Positions 24,534 to 37,949 of a stretch of 64,000 nucleotides of DNA are shown in pieces. Positions within the stretch are counted from its first letter, which is position 1. Each line of letters opens with the position of its first letter. A model generated the notes under the pieces. The model was not told where the DNA came from. It searched no databases and saw only the letters and a program-made list of their open reading frames with translations. The translations under genes and the position numbers were made by a program. The DNA comes from Stylophora pistillata (lineage: Eukaryota), in the NCBI RefSeq assembly GCF_002571385.2, contig NW_019217850.1, positions 356,283-420,282 of the forward strand. The letters run 5' to 3'.

Positions 24534-27500
24534 TGTACAACGGCAGGTAAAACTTTGCTTAAATTTTTTTTTACCGAATGAATACTTGAGGCGTTCAAAA
24601 TTAACAACTGACCTTCTAGCTCTAGAAACTATTTTTAAGGTTTAATTCTTAAATACGCGGAGAGTTCTTTCTGCTTTACCGGAGATTATAATGCATTTGA
24701 CTCGATACATCGTGCAGAACGCCCAAAGATATTACAAAGAACTCGCGAAAATATTTTCACAAGAACAACAAATGAATATTCGCTGCATTCATATCCTTTT
24801 CAGGTATCATAAAAGATAACGATTTAGGAGGAAAAATTAAAAGGTTTAAAGAGCTTTTCAAAAAACTTGTCACAAGTTTTGTGGATGGTAGGCATGACTG
24901 GCTAATCATTCGTAACAAGTGCTGGTATAAACAATTAATGAAATAAGCTTGTTTTCAGACTTGTAAACAGATCACTTTGTTGCTATTTTAAATAGGGATT
25001 CATCCCGAATTTCAGGTTGAGAGCTTCCCGAAAAATCAAGTTGAGATAATTCATTGTCGTTAGCTGAGTGAAATAATAACGAACAGTCTAAGTTTCCATT
25101 AAATAATAAAGTGCTCTATCAGTCATTCATAAATAGTATCATTCACAACCACAATACGTTTTTCGTTAGACTTATGGTAAATTAACAAATAGGCACACGT
25201 CTCAGTGTCGTAGGCCGAGCCGTAAATGTAAGCCGAATTTTAGCCGAATTTTAGCCGAATGTAAGCCGAATTTTAGCCGAATTTTAGCCGAATTTTAGCC
25301 GAATTTTAGTGGCTTGCGTATTGTTCTCAGAATGAGCGTGTGAAGACATACAAAAGAAAGACTGCAGTTATTTAATGGTGACGCAGAATCGAATGAAACC
25401 GGGTACTCAATCTTGACGTTAGATAATCATGATTAAGCTGATTTTTCTCTTTACAAGTGATCATCTGATGGATGAAAATTATCCAAAAAGAGCTCCAAAT
25501 GAAACTAAAATGATAATGACTCATGCAAACACAGCTTTTCCATTTTCGATTTAAGTGTGGATGCTGCGCCTTCCAACATAAAAGCAAAATTAAATGAAAT
25601 AACTCTGATTTTAAGTTCTTGTCTCTCTCTTATTCTCTAAACCACTGCTATTTGCAAAGAAGCCACAGAGTCACCTTTGGAAATCGAACTGACGAACAAA
25701 TCAACTCGTAGAGATGGAACTGGAAAGTCAGAGGGAAGAAAACGTCGGCATAAGAACACCATCCGCTTGTGGGAATTTTTACTCGATCTCCTGGCAAACG
25801 ATGATTTAAGAACCATAATATATTGGAGTCGAAGAGAATTTCAAGAATTTAAACTGTTAAGACCTGAGGAGGTTGCAAGAAGGTGGGGTCTGGTTAAACG
25901 AAGGCAGGGAATGAATTATAAGAAACTCGGTCGAGCTTTACGGTTCTATTATGGCCAGGGAATAGTTCAAAAGGTTAGTATGGTCATCAAGTACTGTCAG
26001 CTGATGAATGTGTTAACTCGTTACCATAAATGATTATTTTGAAGCTTACTTGGTCAGCAGAAACAGTTGCTTGGTCATACCAAAATAGACCTTGTAGAGA
26101 GAGCATTGCTTGTTTTTACCAGGCAATGTATGGTTCTGTAAATGTAACAAAGATTAGTATCTGTATCCTTTGTTGTCGCTGCTGATATTTTTTTTTTTTT
26201 AATTTATTTCTACAGCAACAATAATACTTCCGTACTGAATAGATAATACCATTTGCGACTTTTCACACCACAACATTACTTACAAGATTACAAGATTGGT
26301 AGTTACACCAGCTCTCATACCAGAGTAAACCATACTAACAACATTCCATATTAAAGATGCCAACTATATATTCAATTAGGTTGCATATGATTTATTCATC
26401 ATAAACAACTTTGTATATTGAAATTAATTATAGAGTATTTATACAAAAATAATCTATTGATAATTAATAATATTTTGTATTTACAACAAATTGCTGCCCG
26501 ATTCTTACCAAACTGAGTAACTATGTTCCCCATGTAAATGTATATTTCCGTCTCAATTTTTTTTAACTTAGCCATAAGCCTAGTAAAACATGGAAGAATT
26601 TGAGAAATTTAACCCCATAGATATGATATGGCTATTAATGTAATATAATTTAGTAATTCATTTGTTTGTTGTTGATGGCTATGTGAACAATGTGATGTTT
26701 GATTAATTCACTTTATGACCTGTTGCACCTTTGTAATCTCTAAGCATGTTGTAGCATGGAACACGTAGAGCATAGGGTTCATATCGTAGCTTTAGAGGAT
26801 AGGAATCCCCAGGCCTGGTACAATGAGTTGCAAGTGTACTTATGTAATCAGCTCTTTTCTATAAGGGTGTGATTGAATGAAATGCATCCCATGGTAAAGT
26901 GAGTTAAAATTTTGAAAGGAATGAACCAATATATAACTTTTGCTGTATTTACAAGGACTACGTAATGGTACAGTCGGTATCTGCTCTCAAATTGACAAAC
27001 TGCTATTTATTTCTATTTAACTGTCAGTGTCTTACCCAGTTTGCATTTTCAAAGAATTTCATATGGAGGTGATTGTATTGGCATGCATTGAGCTAGTGTA
27101 AACGACACATCGCCTCAAATGAGTCAAAATTTACCCTGAGTGGCGAATTTCTAATATGGTACAGTCGGTATCTGCTCTCAAATTGACAAACTTTTGCAGT
27201 GACCTGGAATCACCACGTAACTGGGAAACTAAGTGAGCAAATACATTCCATGAGCAATAACAAGGAATAGTACATGGAATCTTCTGGTAAATTTTCGGTG
27301 CATTGGATTGATATTGGATCAACCAATTCTTGACTTTCCCTTTAGCTCTGTGACACCACGAAGATGTTTTTTCCATGATAGAGAGTAACAATTTCCAATG
27401 GTAGTACCACCAGTCCCTAAACTGACAAACCTTTGCATGTTGAATTTAAGTTTCAGTTAATTTTTTTTTTTTTAAAAAAAGGCAACTACACTGTACCTCT

Positions 27501-28859
27501 CACGAGTCAGTTGAAGGGGTTAACCTAAAATAAAATGTTTTACAGCATCTCGTTTACCAGACTGTGACACATGAATTTTGATACAAACGGTGTCGGGGGA
27601 TTAGACTTGGCCAACAGATCATAGATTTGTCCAGTTTAAATTGCGAAAAACTATGACTGCTATTTTGAGAGCCAGTTGTGCATTGTTTATCCATTCTCAA
27701 TTTTTATGTGCCCTTAACATTACTCTTTCATTCCCAAGATCACAATGGCAATTCTCCTTACCATACATAGACCATTCATAGTAGTAATTCAGAGAATTTG
27801 GCCTTTAATGAAATACGAATTACCAAGTTGATCTCTTTCTTTATTCTCGTCACCTTTCTGCTCGATATTGTAATTATTTTTTAGTGGAAAAAAAAGGGCG
27901 CATTCGTGGCAAAGATTTAACGAAGAGAAGACAGCTGCAAGGGTTGTATCTTCTGCTTAACATGAAACTTTTAAATCTTATTATCAGTAAAATAAATATA
28001 TTTGTTTTATACATTAGATCAGCTATCGATAGTCACCTTTAATGTTTAGCTTTATCTCTAGAACATTTTAGACTGCATTTTGTATCTCGGAAACTGCGTC
28101 AAACACAGAGTTGTGTTTGCCCGGCACAACTCTTACGCTGAACCTGCAAACTGCTTTGTAAAGGTTTGGATCAGGTTTATGAGAACAAATTACTTTGTGA
28201 GCTCACTTCTGGTACTAGTAATCACGAAGTACATTTTTTTTTTTTTAACCCATTGGGCGACTCATTTTTTTTTTAACGCATTGGGCGACTCATTTTTTAT
28301 CATTCTTAAAAACTGTAAGATTGTACGTATGTCAGGCTGATGATGTATCTACATGTATATATCTTTTTTATTTCTCTATTTATCTATTTCATTTTCGCAG
28401 GTTCCTGGCCAACCCTTCACGTACAAGTTTGACAATCTACCTTACAAATATGAACCAAGAGTGTCACAGTCAAGTGACCAAAAAGGAAAAACGAGTACAT
28501 GCGACAGAGTACGAGAGAAAATGTCATCTGATAAGTGTGCATCACATAAAGGTGAACAGTCAGTATTCTCGTCTTCATCTGGGCAGTCAACACTTTCCCC
28601 TACCCACACCTCCCAAGGGACATGTGTATCCCCTTGTCTTGTGCCCATATCTGCCGATACCACTCAAGCGAATCGAGAGACAGAAGAACCTGGTAACCAA
28701 ACAAAACGCAATATTTCAAACCTTTGTAGAAATGAATTGAAAACTACGATCCCCCCCGTACTTATCCCGAAGCGAAATAAACTGAATATAGCTAAGTCTA
28801 TCCCGGTGCCAGTAATAAAACGAGTTGCCTCAAACGATTGTCAAGGGACAAATTTTTAA
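24528..28859 (+). CDS. ETS-5: ELF-like ETS transcription factor (~263 aa); exons 24528-24546, 25660(or 25669)-25973, 28401-28859
   Basis: Micro-exon ATGGCGTGTACAACGGCAG|GTAA. Two phase-1 acceptors. RLWEFLLDLL...MNYKKLGRALRFYYGQGIVQK|GT. Acceptor tttcgcag ending at 28400 gives VPGQPFTYKFDNLPYKYEP. Contains SIPVPVIKR. Confidence 0.87.
25231..25309. repeat. 11-bp tandem repeat AGCCGAATTTT (~7 units) in ETS-5 intron 1
   Basis: Seen directly. Confidence 0.9.
27033..27150 (+). repeat. ~120-bp dispersed repeat, second copy at ~36039-36159
   Basis: tacccagtttgcattttcaaagaattt...gagtcaaaatttaccctg.gtggcgaattt occurs at both sites. Confidence 0.8.
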
Positions 28860-28957
28860 TCATCAAAATAGCTATCTTTTGATGTATGCAATTCAAAATA
28901 AAGCTGAACAAAATAAAACTTAAAACCTATATAACCACCGAGAAACGTTATCTTACA

Positions 28958-29240
28958 CAATGAATATATGAAGTTCATATATTTTGAACTGCGGTTGTAG
29001 ATACGTATGATGCACGATCCTCGCAGTATTCATTGTATCTGATTTATCATCACGGGTTTATTACGAATCAACTTAACGGCATGCTCCCAGTTGGCTTGTT
29101 AGCTGAATTGGTAGAGCGCTGCACTAGTATCGCAGAGGTCAGTGGTTCGAATCCCGTACAGGCCTGAATTTTTTCAGGTCTGATTTTCGCTATTGCATAA
29201 ATAGCGCTCTCTACTGCAAGGATCGTGCATCATACGTAAC
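28958..29240 (+). mobile_element. tRNA(Thr-AGT)-like repeat element (core 29093-29164) flanked by a 27-bp inverted repeat
   Basis: A box TAGCTGAATTGG, B box GGTTCGAATCC and acceptor stem GGCTTGT/ACAGGCC. D, anticodon and T stems carry mismatches. IR at 29002-29028 and 29212-29238 (1 mismatch). Confidence 0.7.
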
Positions 29241-29454
29241 TCGTTATCGTATTAGTCCGGCTCCAAGTCTTACGGTTCTTGGTTCTTGTGCGTAAGCGAG
29301 CAAACAAATAATCTCTTCCGTTGTCGCCTTTTGTCGAAGACTAAATAATCACTAACAATGTATATTTTACATCTTTTTTTATGAAGCGGTATTTTACCTG
29401 ACGTCCAAAACCGCCTACCCCACCCCTCCAATAAAAAAAAATTTTCCAGGAGGC

Positions 29455-29672
29455 TTAACTTGAGCCGTTTTCTCCCGTGAGTGACAAAGAAACAACTTCC
29501 TTACATTATTAATATGATATCAAGCAAACAAGTGACGAGAATAAAGAAAAATATCAATTAGGGGATTATTAGCTGATCCAACATAAAATTCTCCGAAGGG
29601 ACATCATAAGAATTCTATGGCAGACCGTAAAGAGAATTCCTAATGAGTCCTTGCGATTCGAAGGGTTGAATA
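29455..29672 (+). mobile_element. Degenerate copy of the piggyBac-like MITE family seen at 60408-60617; reverse-orientation relatives at ~27712-27880 and ~48545-48740
   Basis: Shares tatcaagca.acaagtga.gagaataaagaaaaatatcaattagggga...acatcataagaatt...aagggtt with the 60.5-kb copy. Confidence 0.65.
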
Positions 29673-29709
29673 CAACCATTAAACGTGATTTTCTTATAAA
29701 TAATAAATG

Positions 29710-29944
29710 CTGATAGTTTCTAAAGAAACTGTTTGGGGCTGCGTCGGTGGGGGTAACGAAATAATTTAAATATATCAACAAAGTTAAAATGTTAAATTGG
29801 CCACCTTTACGATTATAAAAGCTGACGTTTCGAGCGTTAGCCCTTCGTCGGAGCGAATGGAGGAATTGTGGGTTGTCTGTGCTTTTACAATCGTAACGGT
29901 GGCCAATTTACCATTTCAAATTTCTTAATATATTTAAATTATTT
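29710..29944 (-). mobile_element. Hammerhead-like short element with a ~64-bp inverted repeat
   Basis: Minus strand GCTCCGACGAAGGGCTAACGCTCGAAACGTCAGC. IR arms at 29759-29822 and 29881-29944. Confidence 0.7.
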
Positions 29945-30679
29945 CTTATAAATAGTCTTCCAGGCAAATCAAAGAACTCTCCACTAGTGTCTGTGTAGCA
30001 TGTGAAACTTCTGGAATAAACTACACGGCGTTTTATATGACCTATTGAAAGAAAGTCGATTTTGAACGCATAGAAATGGTATTTTCAGTTCTAAGCACTT
30101 ACTTTCAAGTCTTTTTAGTTTGATGATTACAAAACTGAAAAAACTACTATTGTTCGCTCTTTCTCCACTAATGACATATCTCTCTCAAACTTGTTTCATT
30201 TTCCCTTGAAGTTCTTTGCGTATTTCGGTTAGCAAACTAAACGTTTTGAATAGGGCAAGGCTGGAAATTGTCTCGGCAGTATTTTGCTTAAGGAGCGCGA
30301 GTTTTTTTTATGGTTTCGATCGTTTGCAGAGTTGCAATGTTTGATAAACGACAAGAGTGGGCCGCAAAAGCGCGTAGAGGGGTGAAAGACGTCTGCAATC
30401 TCTTCCCGTTTCCATTGCCTCGCGTGAGTTCGAGTAACATCAGTCACATTACCATTACTTTCCCTGGGGACAATAGCTCACCTGCGTAATTCAGTTCGAA
30501 AAACTATAAATCGGTAAATTTTTATTTATTTATTTATTTATTTATTTATTTCCATTACACTTTTGACGAATAAAACGTAGCAGTTCTGTTGAAAAGAAGA
30601 AACAGGATTGGGAAAATGAAGCAGAAAAACCTTTTTTTTTTGGCCGATAAGTTGGCTACCCTGATTCCTTCATGTTCCT

Positions 30680-32187
30680 TTAAAAAGGGCTGTGACTAGA
30701 AGGCAATAGGAATGGCTTCATTGAATCGACCCTTGTGGGAAACATGACCTCGGGAAAAGGTGAAAGGGAATGTAAGGGATCTGAAAACCACATCATCGAA
30801 CAAGGAGGCGCGAGTCTTGGTGTCTGGCAGCAGCATCTTTTCCCTAGGGGGTAGCTGATGGGAACACAGGCCGACGATACGTGACAACCACGAATTACAG
30901 ATTGGAAAGATGCAAACTCTTTTGTTCTGAGTTGCTTTTGGATGCATTCATTGAGCCTGTATCCGTGATAGCGAGACCTTGTGACACCAGGTTCATATTT
31001 ATAGGGCAAGTTACCAAACTGGTAGCACAATCTGAGGCCTGCAACCTGTGAGAAACGAAAACAAAAGATAAGAAAATGCAGCAATAGCCACATGAAATAT
31101 CTTCAAGTCATTTCTTATTAAATTCAAATGCTTTAGCCCCTAAACAGGCAGTTGAAAGGCCTTTGTAAGAAAAGCAAATAGACGAATCGATACACGCCAA
31201 TGGGAAAGAGAAACCGTATAGTGTTACAGACAGCTTTTTCGCCAGTTTACAATAGAATTAATTAGCATGTTACAGTGATTCTTATTCTTATTTGACTTTA
31301 AGAAAAAGCAAAGAGAATTTAATTAACACGAGAGCTTTAGATTGCACGAGACTCCTTAAAACACCATGTAATGGACTACATGTGTCATTTTTTTTCTTTT
31401 GGATTTTTGACATCGATATTCTCGCCTTTGTGAGAGCTTCTAAAGGAACAAAGACAGCGTCTACAATAGGAAAAAAGCGGCGACAAAAGCATTTCCAGAA
31501 CTTTTTGCTTATTAATTAAATTGCTTTTCTCAACTTAGGATTTTTTTTTCTTTGCCGTCCTTTAGAAAATTAAGAAGAAAAAATTACCAAATTTTATGAG
31601 GGTTGAGTCTTTGCGTGTAAGAACTATTTGGATTGAAGATCAACCACTCTCTGTCTAACTCAACACAGCCCCAGCGTGATATCAAAAGAACAGGCCTGGC
31701 GCCATTCTTGACGGTGAACATAATTTTCAGACAATTGTAATTTCATATTTTTAAACACACCATTTTTTCTTGGTCCTCCGTGTCGCCGAAGTGACAGCAA
31801 CTCGCAAAGAATAACACGTTGTTGTAAATACGATGAGTTACGACCCTCAGTGTGTTTGGCATCTTTAGTAAAGGACCATGTTAGTTTACCTTACCTTTTT
31901 AATGATTCCCTTCTTGTAGTAATGTCGCAGAGCTCGACTGAGCTTCGCGTAAGTCATTTCCGGCACATTTTTATAGGCACCCCACAGTTTTGCCACTTCC
32001 TCTGGATTTTTCAGCACAAACTCTCGATGCTCCTTTCTGTTCCAGGCTATAATTGATGAACTTTGGTGGCCGTATGCTAGAAGTTCCAGTAAGAATTCCC
32101 ACAAGTGAACAATGTTTCTGTAGCGTGGTTTTTGGCGCGATAATTCACTTCTGCTTGAGGTGACTTGGTCTCCAACTTGACCTTCAA
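30680..32187 (-). CDS. ETS-6: ELF-like ETS transcription factor, closest to ETS-1; exons 32187-31895 and 31045-30680; first exon uncertain
   Basis: Phase-1 acceptor (tttcattag), then [16 protein letters not shown]...MTYAKLSRALRHYYKKGIIKK|GTAAG. Acceptor cacag gives VAGLRLCYQFGNLPYKYEPGVTRS. Confidence 0.87.
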
Positions 32188-34535
32188 CTAATGAAAGATA
32201 AATTTTGTACGAAGTTAGTCGGCAAGAACATCGAATGATTCAGAGATGATCATTGTGGGAAACTGAAACAGAACTAATCGTGCGACTATCTCCCCCCTCT
32301 AAATGCAAAAAGCTTTCCTCTACCTTTTTCTTAAAGTTCAAATCACGAAGTCCAGTAAGAATTTTAAAACTTTTTCCAAGTTAGGTTACCCTTTCTTTTG
32401 GGACAGTTCCAGGCAACGGCAACTAAAAAAATGGAAATTTCAGAGTTTGCAGAAAATTTTTCAGCTTCAATTGTTTTCAGAAGGGCGGGCGAACAAGTCG
32501 ATAAGCAGTTTCCCCTTACGATAGGGTTAGATCTTGACGCCTAGTGGTGACTGTTAGTGGTCTACATTTAGATTCCCTCTGTGAAAAGTTTTAAACACGA
32601 AAACAAAAAATAGAGATGTTTTTCGTCTTGTCACGAGCGTGACACAAAGAAAAGTTCTGAGTCCCCATGTTGAATCCTTTGTAGACCTCTTTGCTGAGTT
32701 GTCTCTTTCAAAACAAATAAGAAGGTTGAAAAAATTCCCGAGCTGGTGATGAACCCTCAAGTACACTGCTGCCATTCCGTAAACAAACTTAACTGGAACG
32801 CTGGATGGTGTAGTTTTATCAACTGTGTTGATAATCTAAATTGGAATGAAGGAAACGGTCGATGAAGTTGATGTGGCAGCAAAACCTAGTTTTAGACTCA
32901 TTTTCAAACGGTCATTATGCTTGCTGATTGCAATTGGTTTAAAAGAGAAACCTCGCAGATTTATTCTTGGTTTTTAGTTTGGATCATTTAAATAGCAGCT
33001 AATTCAGGTGAAAACACGAAATAAATCGTTAAAGAGGGTGTAAAGACACCGGATGTGTAAGATAACGTCAAGAGGGAATAAGGATGTGTCAAAATGAATA
33101 GCATTTCTTTTAAAGTTTGGTTGTTTGGGGCATTCAAATTGCGGCTGATTGGGATAAAAAACGTGAAATGATAGTTTCCAGGGGTATAAAAACTCCAAAG
33201 AGCAAGAATAAATTCAAGAAGTAAAAAGGATATTTAAGGATTAAAAGCATTCACACGGATTGCCACGAGATTACCTCGCCATATAGATAGCCTCAGTATT
33301 TCAAGATGCCAGCACAAGCCGTAGCAAGGGTTCTTCTTTAAAAAACTGTTGAGTGGAACTCAAGGATGGGTAACAATGAATTATAAATCTCACCCTGCTG
33401 TTTTATTTTCCTCATTCTCGTCAGCGAAATGTTGTCAGCCATAGCTGTCCGATGAAGATCCCCTTTTAGCAGGGGGAACTGAGGAGGTCTCTGATATGCT
33501 GGAGATGTTGCCTAAGTTGACGCTCAATCTTAACTGTATCCAGTTGGACTTTTCCAAAAGATCATAAAGGATGAGTTAAAGAGGTGGCTGGTTTAGGGAT
33601 CATGTTGTCATAAGTGACATTTCCTGTCAGTCCCTCTCCATCGCCGCCAGACGCTCCGTTTATGAGTTCTGCAACCTGCAGGTAGTTCCAGATGCTTCAA
33701 ACCTGTGATTGCAACAATAGCAATATTTTAATTTGAATATTTCATGAGGCTTTTTGGGAAAAAGGGGTAAATTTCTGAAGAAACTGTGATGCTACGTCGG
33801 TGGGGGGTATTACTAGACAATTTAGTTTTATCAACTAAGTTGATAACGTAAATCGGCCGGGTCACCCGGTAAAGAGTTTTTAACGCTAGAAAACCAAATT
33901 GTGTTTTTGGAAAAAGGCTGCACAAGAGAGGGTGAAGAACAGGCCACGTGTAGCAAAATTTTGGAAGAGCATTCGAGAATACTACCTTCGCCGGAAGAAT
34001 TTCCCCAAGGGTATGAAAAACCGCCTTAATGAAATTTGCACGATTGTATAAATTTGTCTTGAAGTGCTCTAAAGAACATTTTGTCTTGCTAAGACGGTAG
34101 GTCTCCAAAGTGTTTTTTGTGGGTCTTTTCATCATGGTGAAGTGGCTACAATATTCTGAAAAACACTTATCGTTGGTCTCCCAGAGGAGTTCTGAAACCC
34201 TTATGGAAAATATGATGAGGACATTAAAGTAGAATTAACTGTAAGTTTGTACTATTTTTTTTCTTTGAGTTCCAAACTGCCATCATCCGCAGATCGCAAT
34301 GACGTGGTCTTCAGTAATCTATACTGAGTTAGTGTCAATAACTGTTACGCCAAAATGAATCACAATACACTAAAACAACAAAATGATCCAAATAGCTTCT
34401 ATAATCGGTTAAAAGTTTTGTTCAGAATCATCATTTCAACATGCGCAATCTTTTTTTGATTTCCAAATTACTTTTCGCATTTTTTTTTTTTTGAAGCGAT
34501 GTGAAAAAGGTACTCAAAGGAAATTTTATTAGCGC

Positions 34536-34849
34536 ACAGGCGGCGCAAGCTCCAGCTGTCGGATGATCATCTTGTGCAATAACAGTCATGACTGAATTAT
34601 AAAAGTTTGTATAGGAATATTTACGACCGCTCTGAGGAATAAAAAAATACGTCAAATTCTAAATAAAAGCACCTCACCTTACTTCCACAGTGTATCGCTT
34701 GCTATCTGACGGCTTACTTTGATGAAAAGAACCCATTTTAGCGAGTTGTCCATTTCGAGGTTTTCCCATCATGTACAAACTCTTATAATTCCACCATGAC
34801 TGTTATTGCGCAAGATGATCATCTCACCATTGGAACTTGGGCTGCCTGT
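34536..34849. mobile_element. MITE-like element with ~75-bp imperfect terminal inverted repeats
   Basis: acaggcggcgcaagc...gatgatcatcttgtgcaataacagtcatg...ttataaaagtttgta is mirrored by tacaaactcttataa...catgactgttattgcgcaagatgatcatc...gctgcctgt. Confidence 0.7.
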
Positions 34850-37800
34850 TATTGGCGACAATATTCCATGTTTCTCATGCATAACTGGCTTTTACTTGGG
34901 AAACAACATTCCATAAATATGTCTAGCGCTCACGGTTTTCTGAGTTTCATAGGAAAGAGTATAAATCTATTTTCAAACACATATGGCTTTCAAATTTAAC
35001 AATATTGTCACGGTGTTATATGTTATTATCACTTGTATGAAGAGATAAAAGAACTTAAAAAAATCTATGAAATTCATGCAACTTAGCGCATGTGGTCGAT
35101 TCGATACTATTTACGACAGTGGTCTCACTGAGTTCTATGTTATTTTCACTTGTATGAAGAAGAAAAACGAAATTAAAAACCTAGGATTTTTTTTCGTCTC
35201 TTTGGCACCTGCAGTCAATCCTTGCTACATTGTAATACTCAAGGGATCTAGAATTATTTCAACTGATTTCAAAAGAATTAGTGAGGGGGAAGAGCCAACT
35301 AATATCCCTATTGTCCAATCCAACATCCCTCGTCAGTTCGTCTCCACGGTATCCAAGCAGCCTCCCATGTGCTTGGATCACCTCAGGTACTTTAAAACTC
35401 TCCAAATAGTGCAACAATAGCATCATTTTAGGTTAAATATTTATGAAACGTTCAAAGTTTTTTATGGGATTTGGTTCCTAAAACGCTGTGGTAGCTTTTG
35501 TGAAAAAACACGTGTCAAGGTGAAACAATGTTTGAGGGAAGTTGTTGAAAATTTACTGAGCAAAAACATTGAAAATATTTCTTCATTTTAAAGGTCTATT
35601 AAAACAAGTTTGAATCGGCAAGATTCCGTTGGTAAAGGCTAAAATGGCGTTTCTCTCTCTCGGTGATAGCGCGCAGCATGACAAAGTGCTGTAAATGGTA
35701 GATAGAAATATTCCTCGTTACGGAGATGACGATCACGATGGTATTAAGAACTCATTAAAGGCGAATTTTATTTGAAAAAAAAAAAAAACTGCAGTTTTAC
35801 CTAGTTTTTCCATAGTTCTTATTGACTGCGAAATAAATCTTGGTGATGCAGTAATATGATAATACTTTAAAATATCGATATACTACAGGTCGCCGTAACG
35901 GGGGGTAAACTTGATGAGAGAATTGATATTTACACGTGTTTTATCAAATCACTTTGTTGTTCAAAACGAGGTGTTAATATTAGATTATCAATGATAAATT
36001 TGCCCTGGAATCTTTTTATTTCTTTTTTCTGTTTGTCCTACCCAGTTTGCATTTTCAAAGAATTTGATATCGAGATGTTTGTATTGGCATGCATGATTGA
36101 GCTAGTTTTAACGACACATCCCCTCAAATGAGTCAAAATTTACCCTGGGTGGCGAATTTGTTTGTTATTTGAAATAAAAATAATCTCAGAACTCCAGAGA
36201 AAAAATGGTTTTCTAGCATGTACGCTCTTAGTTGGATAGGTTTGTAATAAAAGAAATGACCTTGAATTCTTTACCAAACCTTAAAATAGATTTTCTGTCG
36301 TCTCATTAGACCTCCCCTGTTTGTTCGTCTCCACGGTCCTAAACACCGACCCTCCATGTGATCGCTTAACGCCAGGTATCTTGTAACTGTATCACTGCAA
36401 ACATCATAATACATGATAAGAATAACAGCGTCTGGAAAAATCTTCAACCACATGACTCTAACCTATCGGTGAACCTCAACAATAATTTATGAGCAATGCA
36501 CTGACTGAGCACGTGTTTTATACATTTTCTTACATTAACGGTAGCCGCCCTCTGTGAAACAGCGTGGATGATTGAAGATATACATCGCGGTCTGGATATC
36601 TGAGAAAATGTTTTAGCCTTGAACTTTTTAAGTTATTTATTTCTCATCCGTTTTAATCTTCTTTATCATTTCTCTCATTCTTTCCCTTTTGATATATAAC
36701 CCCAAGGTAAAGTTGATAAGAAGCCAAACATTTCATGAGCTAATTTTAATTTGAGTTTGGACCGACCAATATTAATTTGAAAAAGTGGAGTATTTGATTC
36801 CTAAGCTTAACTAAACTAATTATCCAACAGCCTTTCGAAGTAAAGTTCAAGGTGAAACTGCTTAAAATACGTTGAAATGATTGCATTCGGCTCGGCACGT
36901 GAATAGTTAACTGAATAAAAAACGTTACAAAGCTGTTTTGGGGACAAAGTTCTCAGCCGCTGAGCCGAACGGAAACAACGCTGCTACCGGCTGCTGATGC
37001 ATTCCAAATTGAAGTAGTTGTTACTAATTGATTGATTTGACGAACTTTTCATGTACTTGGTTCAATTCATGAAAAGCTGCTGTGCACCCTTTGTTCCGGG
37101 CTTTACTTTTTCTACCTTATCAAACAAATTCGTGGTGGTTTCCCTCGTACTGAAGGAAATTCATAGCATCACAGAGGGAGGATTTTAAACGTCGCTCCAC
37201 AGCCCTTTCGGGAACTGAGAGCGTAGGTTTGTTCTGGCCATATGCATGAAGCACATGCCGCAATGTGGGCGAAAGGAAACTTTAGGAAAGATGACGTAAT
37301 CGTACGTAGATCATTCAAAGGAAGTCCTTAGCTCTTTCCTGTTTGGTGTTTTGTGTTTCCTCTTTGCGGTTTGCCTACACTCATTTAAGATATTATTTTG
37401 AAGAAGTTGCATCAAGATAGTCTCAGTCGCTTTAAACGGAGTTTCATATTTCCTCAGAAAACAATGGTGAAGTTTTAGATAATAATTTGCCGGAGCAGAC
37501 AAACTGAACGCAACAGAGATAGTAGTTGAGAAAGAAGAAACAAGACTGCGAAATTTAAAAATGAAAGATTTTCTTCAAAATGGAAGAGAGAAACTCGTTT
37601 CGACATAATTTTTTTCTTCAATTCAGTTAAGTCAATTCAATCAGCGTCACTGAAAACCCGCAGTCCAAGTATCGCCATATACAACAAGCTTACGTGGGTT
37701 TGTGTATCAGTGCGTGTGTGGCCATGATTTTCTTGATTCGAGGCAACGGATACATACTTCATCATCCTTGAGTTCAGCTTGCGGCAGACTCTTAGTGAAG

Positions 37801-37949
37801 GGAAACGAGCCACAAAGCGTGCGCGCGGAACTTAATTGGCTGGGGTCACCCAAGGAAAAAGGAATTCATAGCCGGAGTTACTTCTCGACCTGACGGCCAC
37901 AATCGCCGATTGTTTTTCGCCCGTTCTTTTACTCATTTAGTGATAAAAA

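Noticed and set aside
29093-29164. Functional tRNA-Thr gene
   Set aside because: The T, D and anticodon stems are mismatched and the sequence is embedded in a repeat, so it is treated as tRNA-derived.
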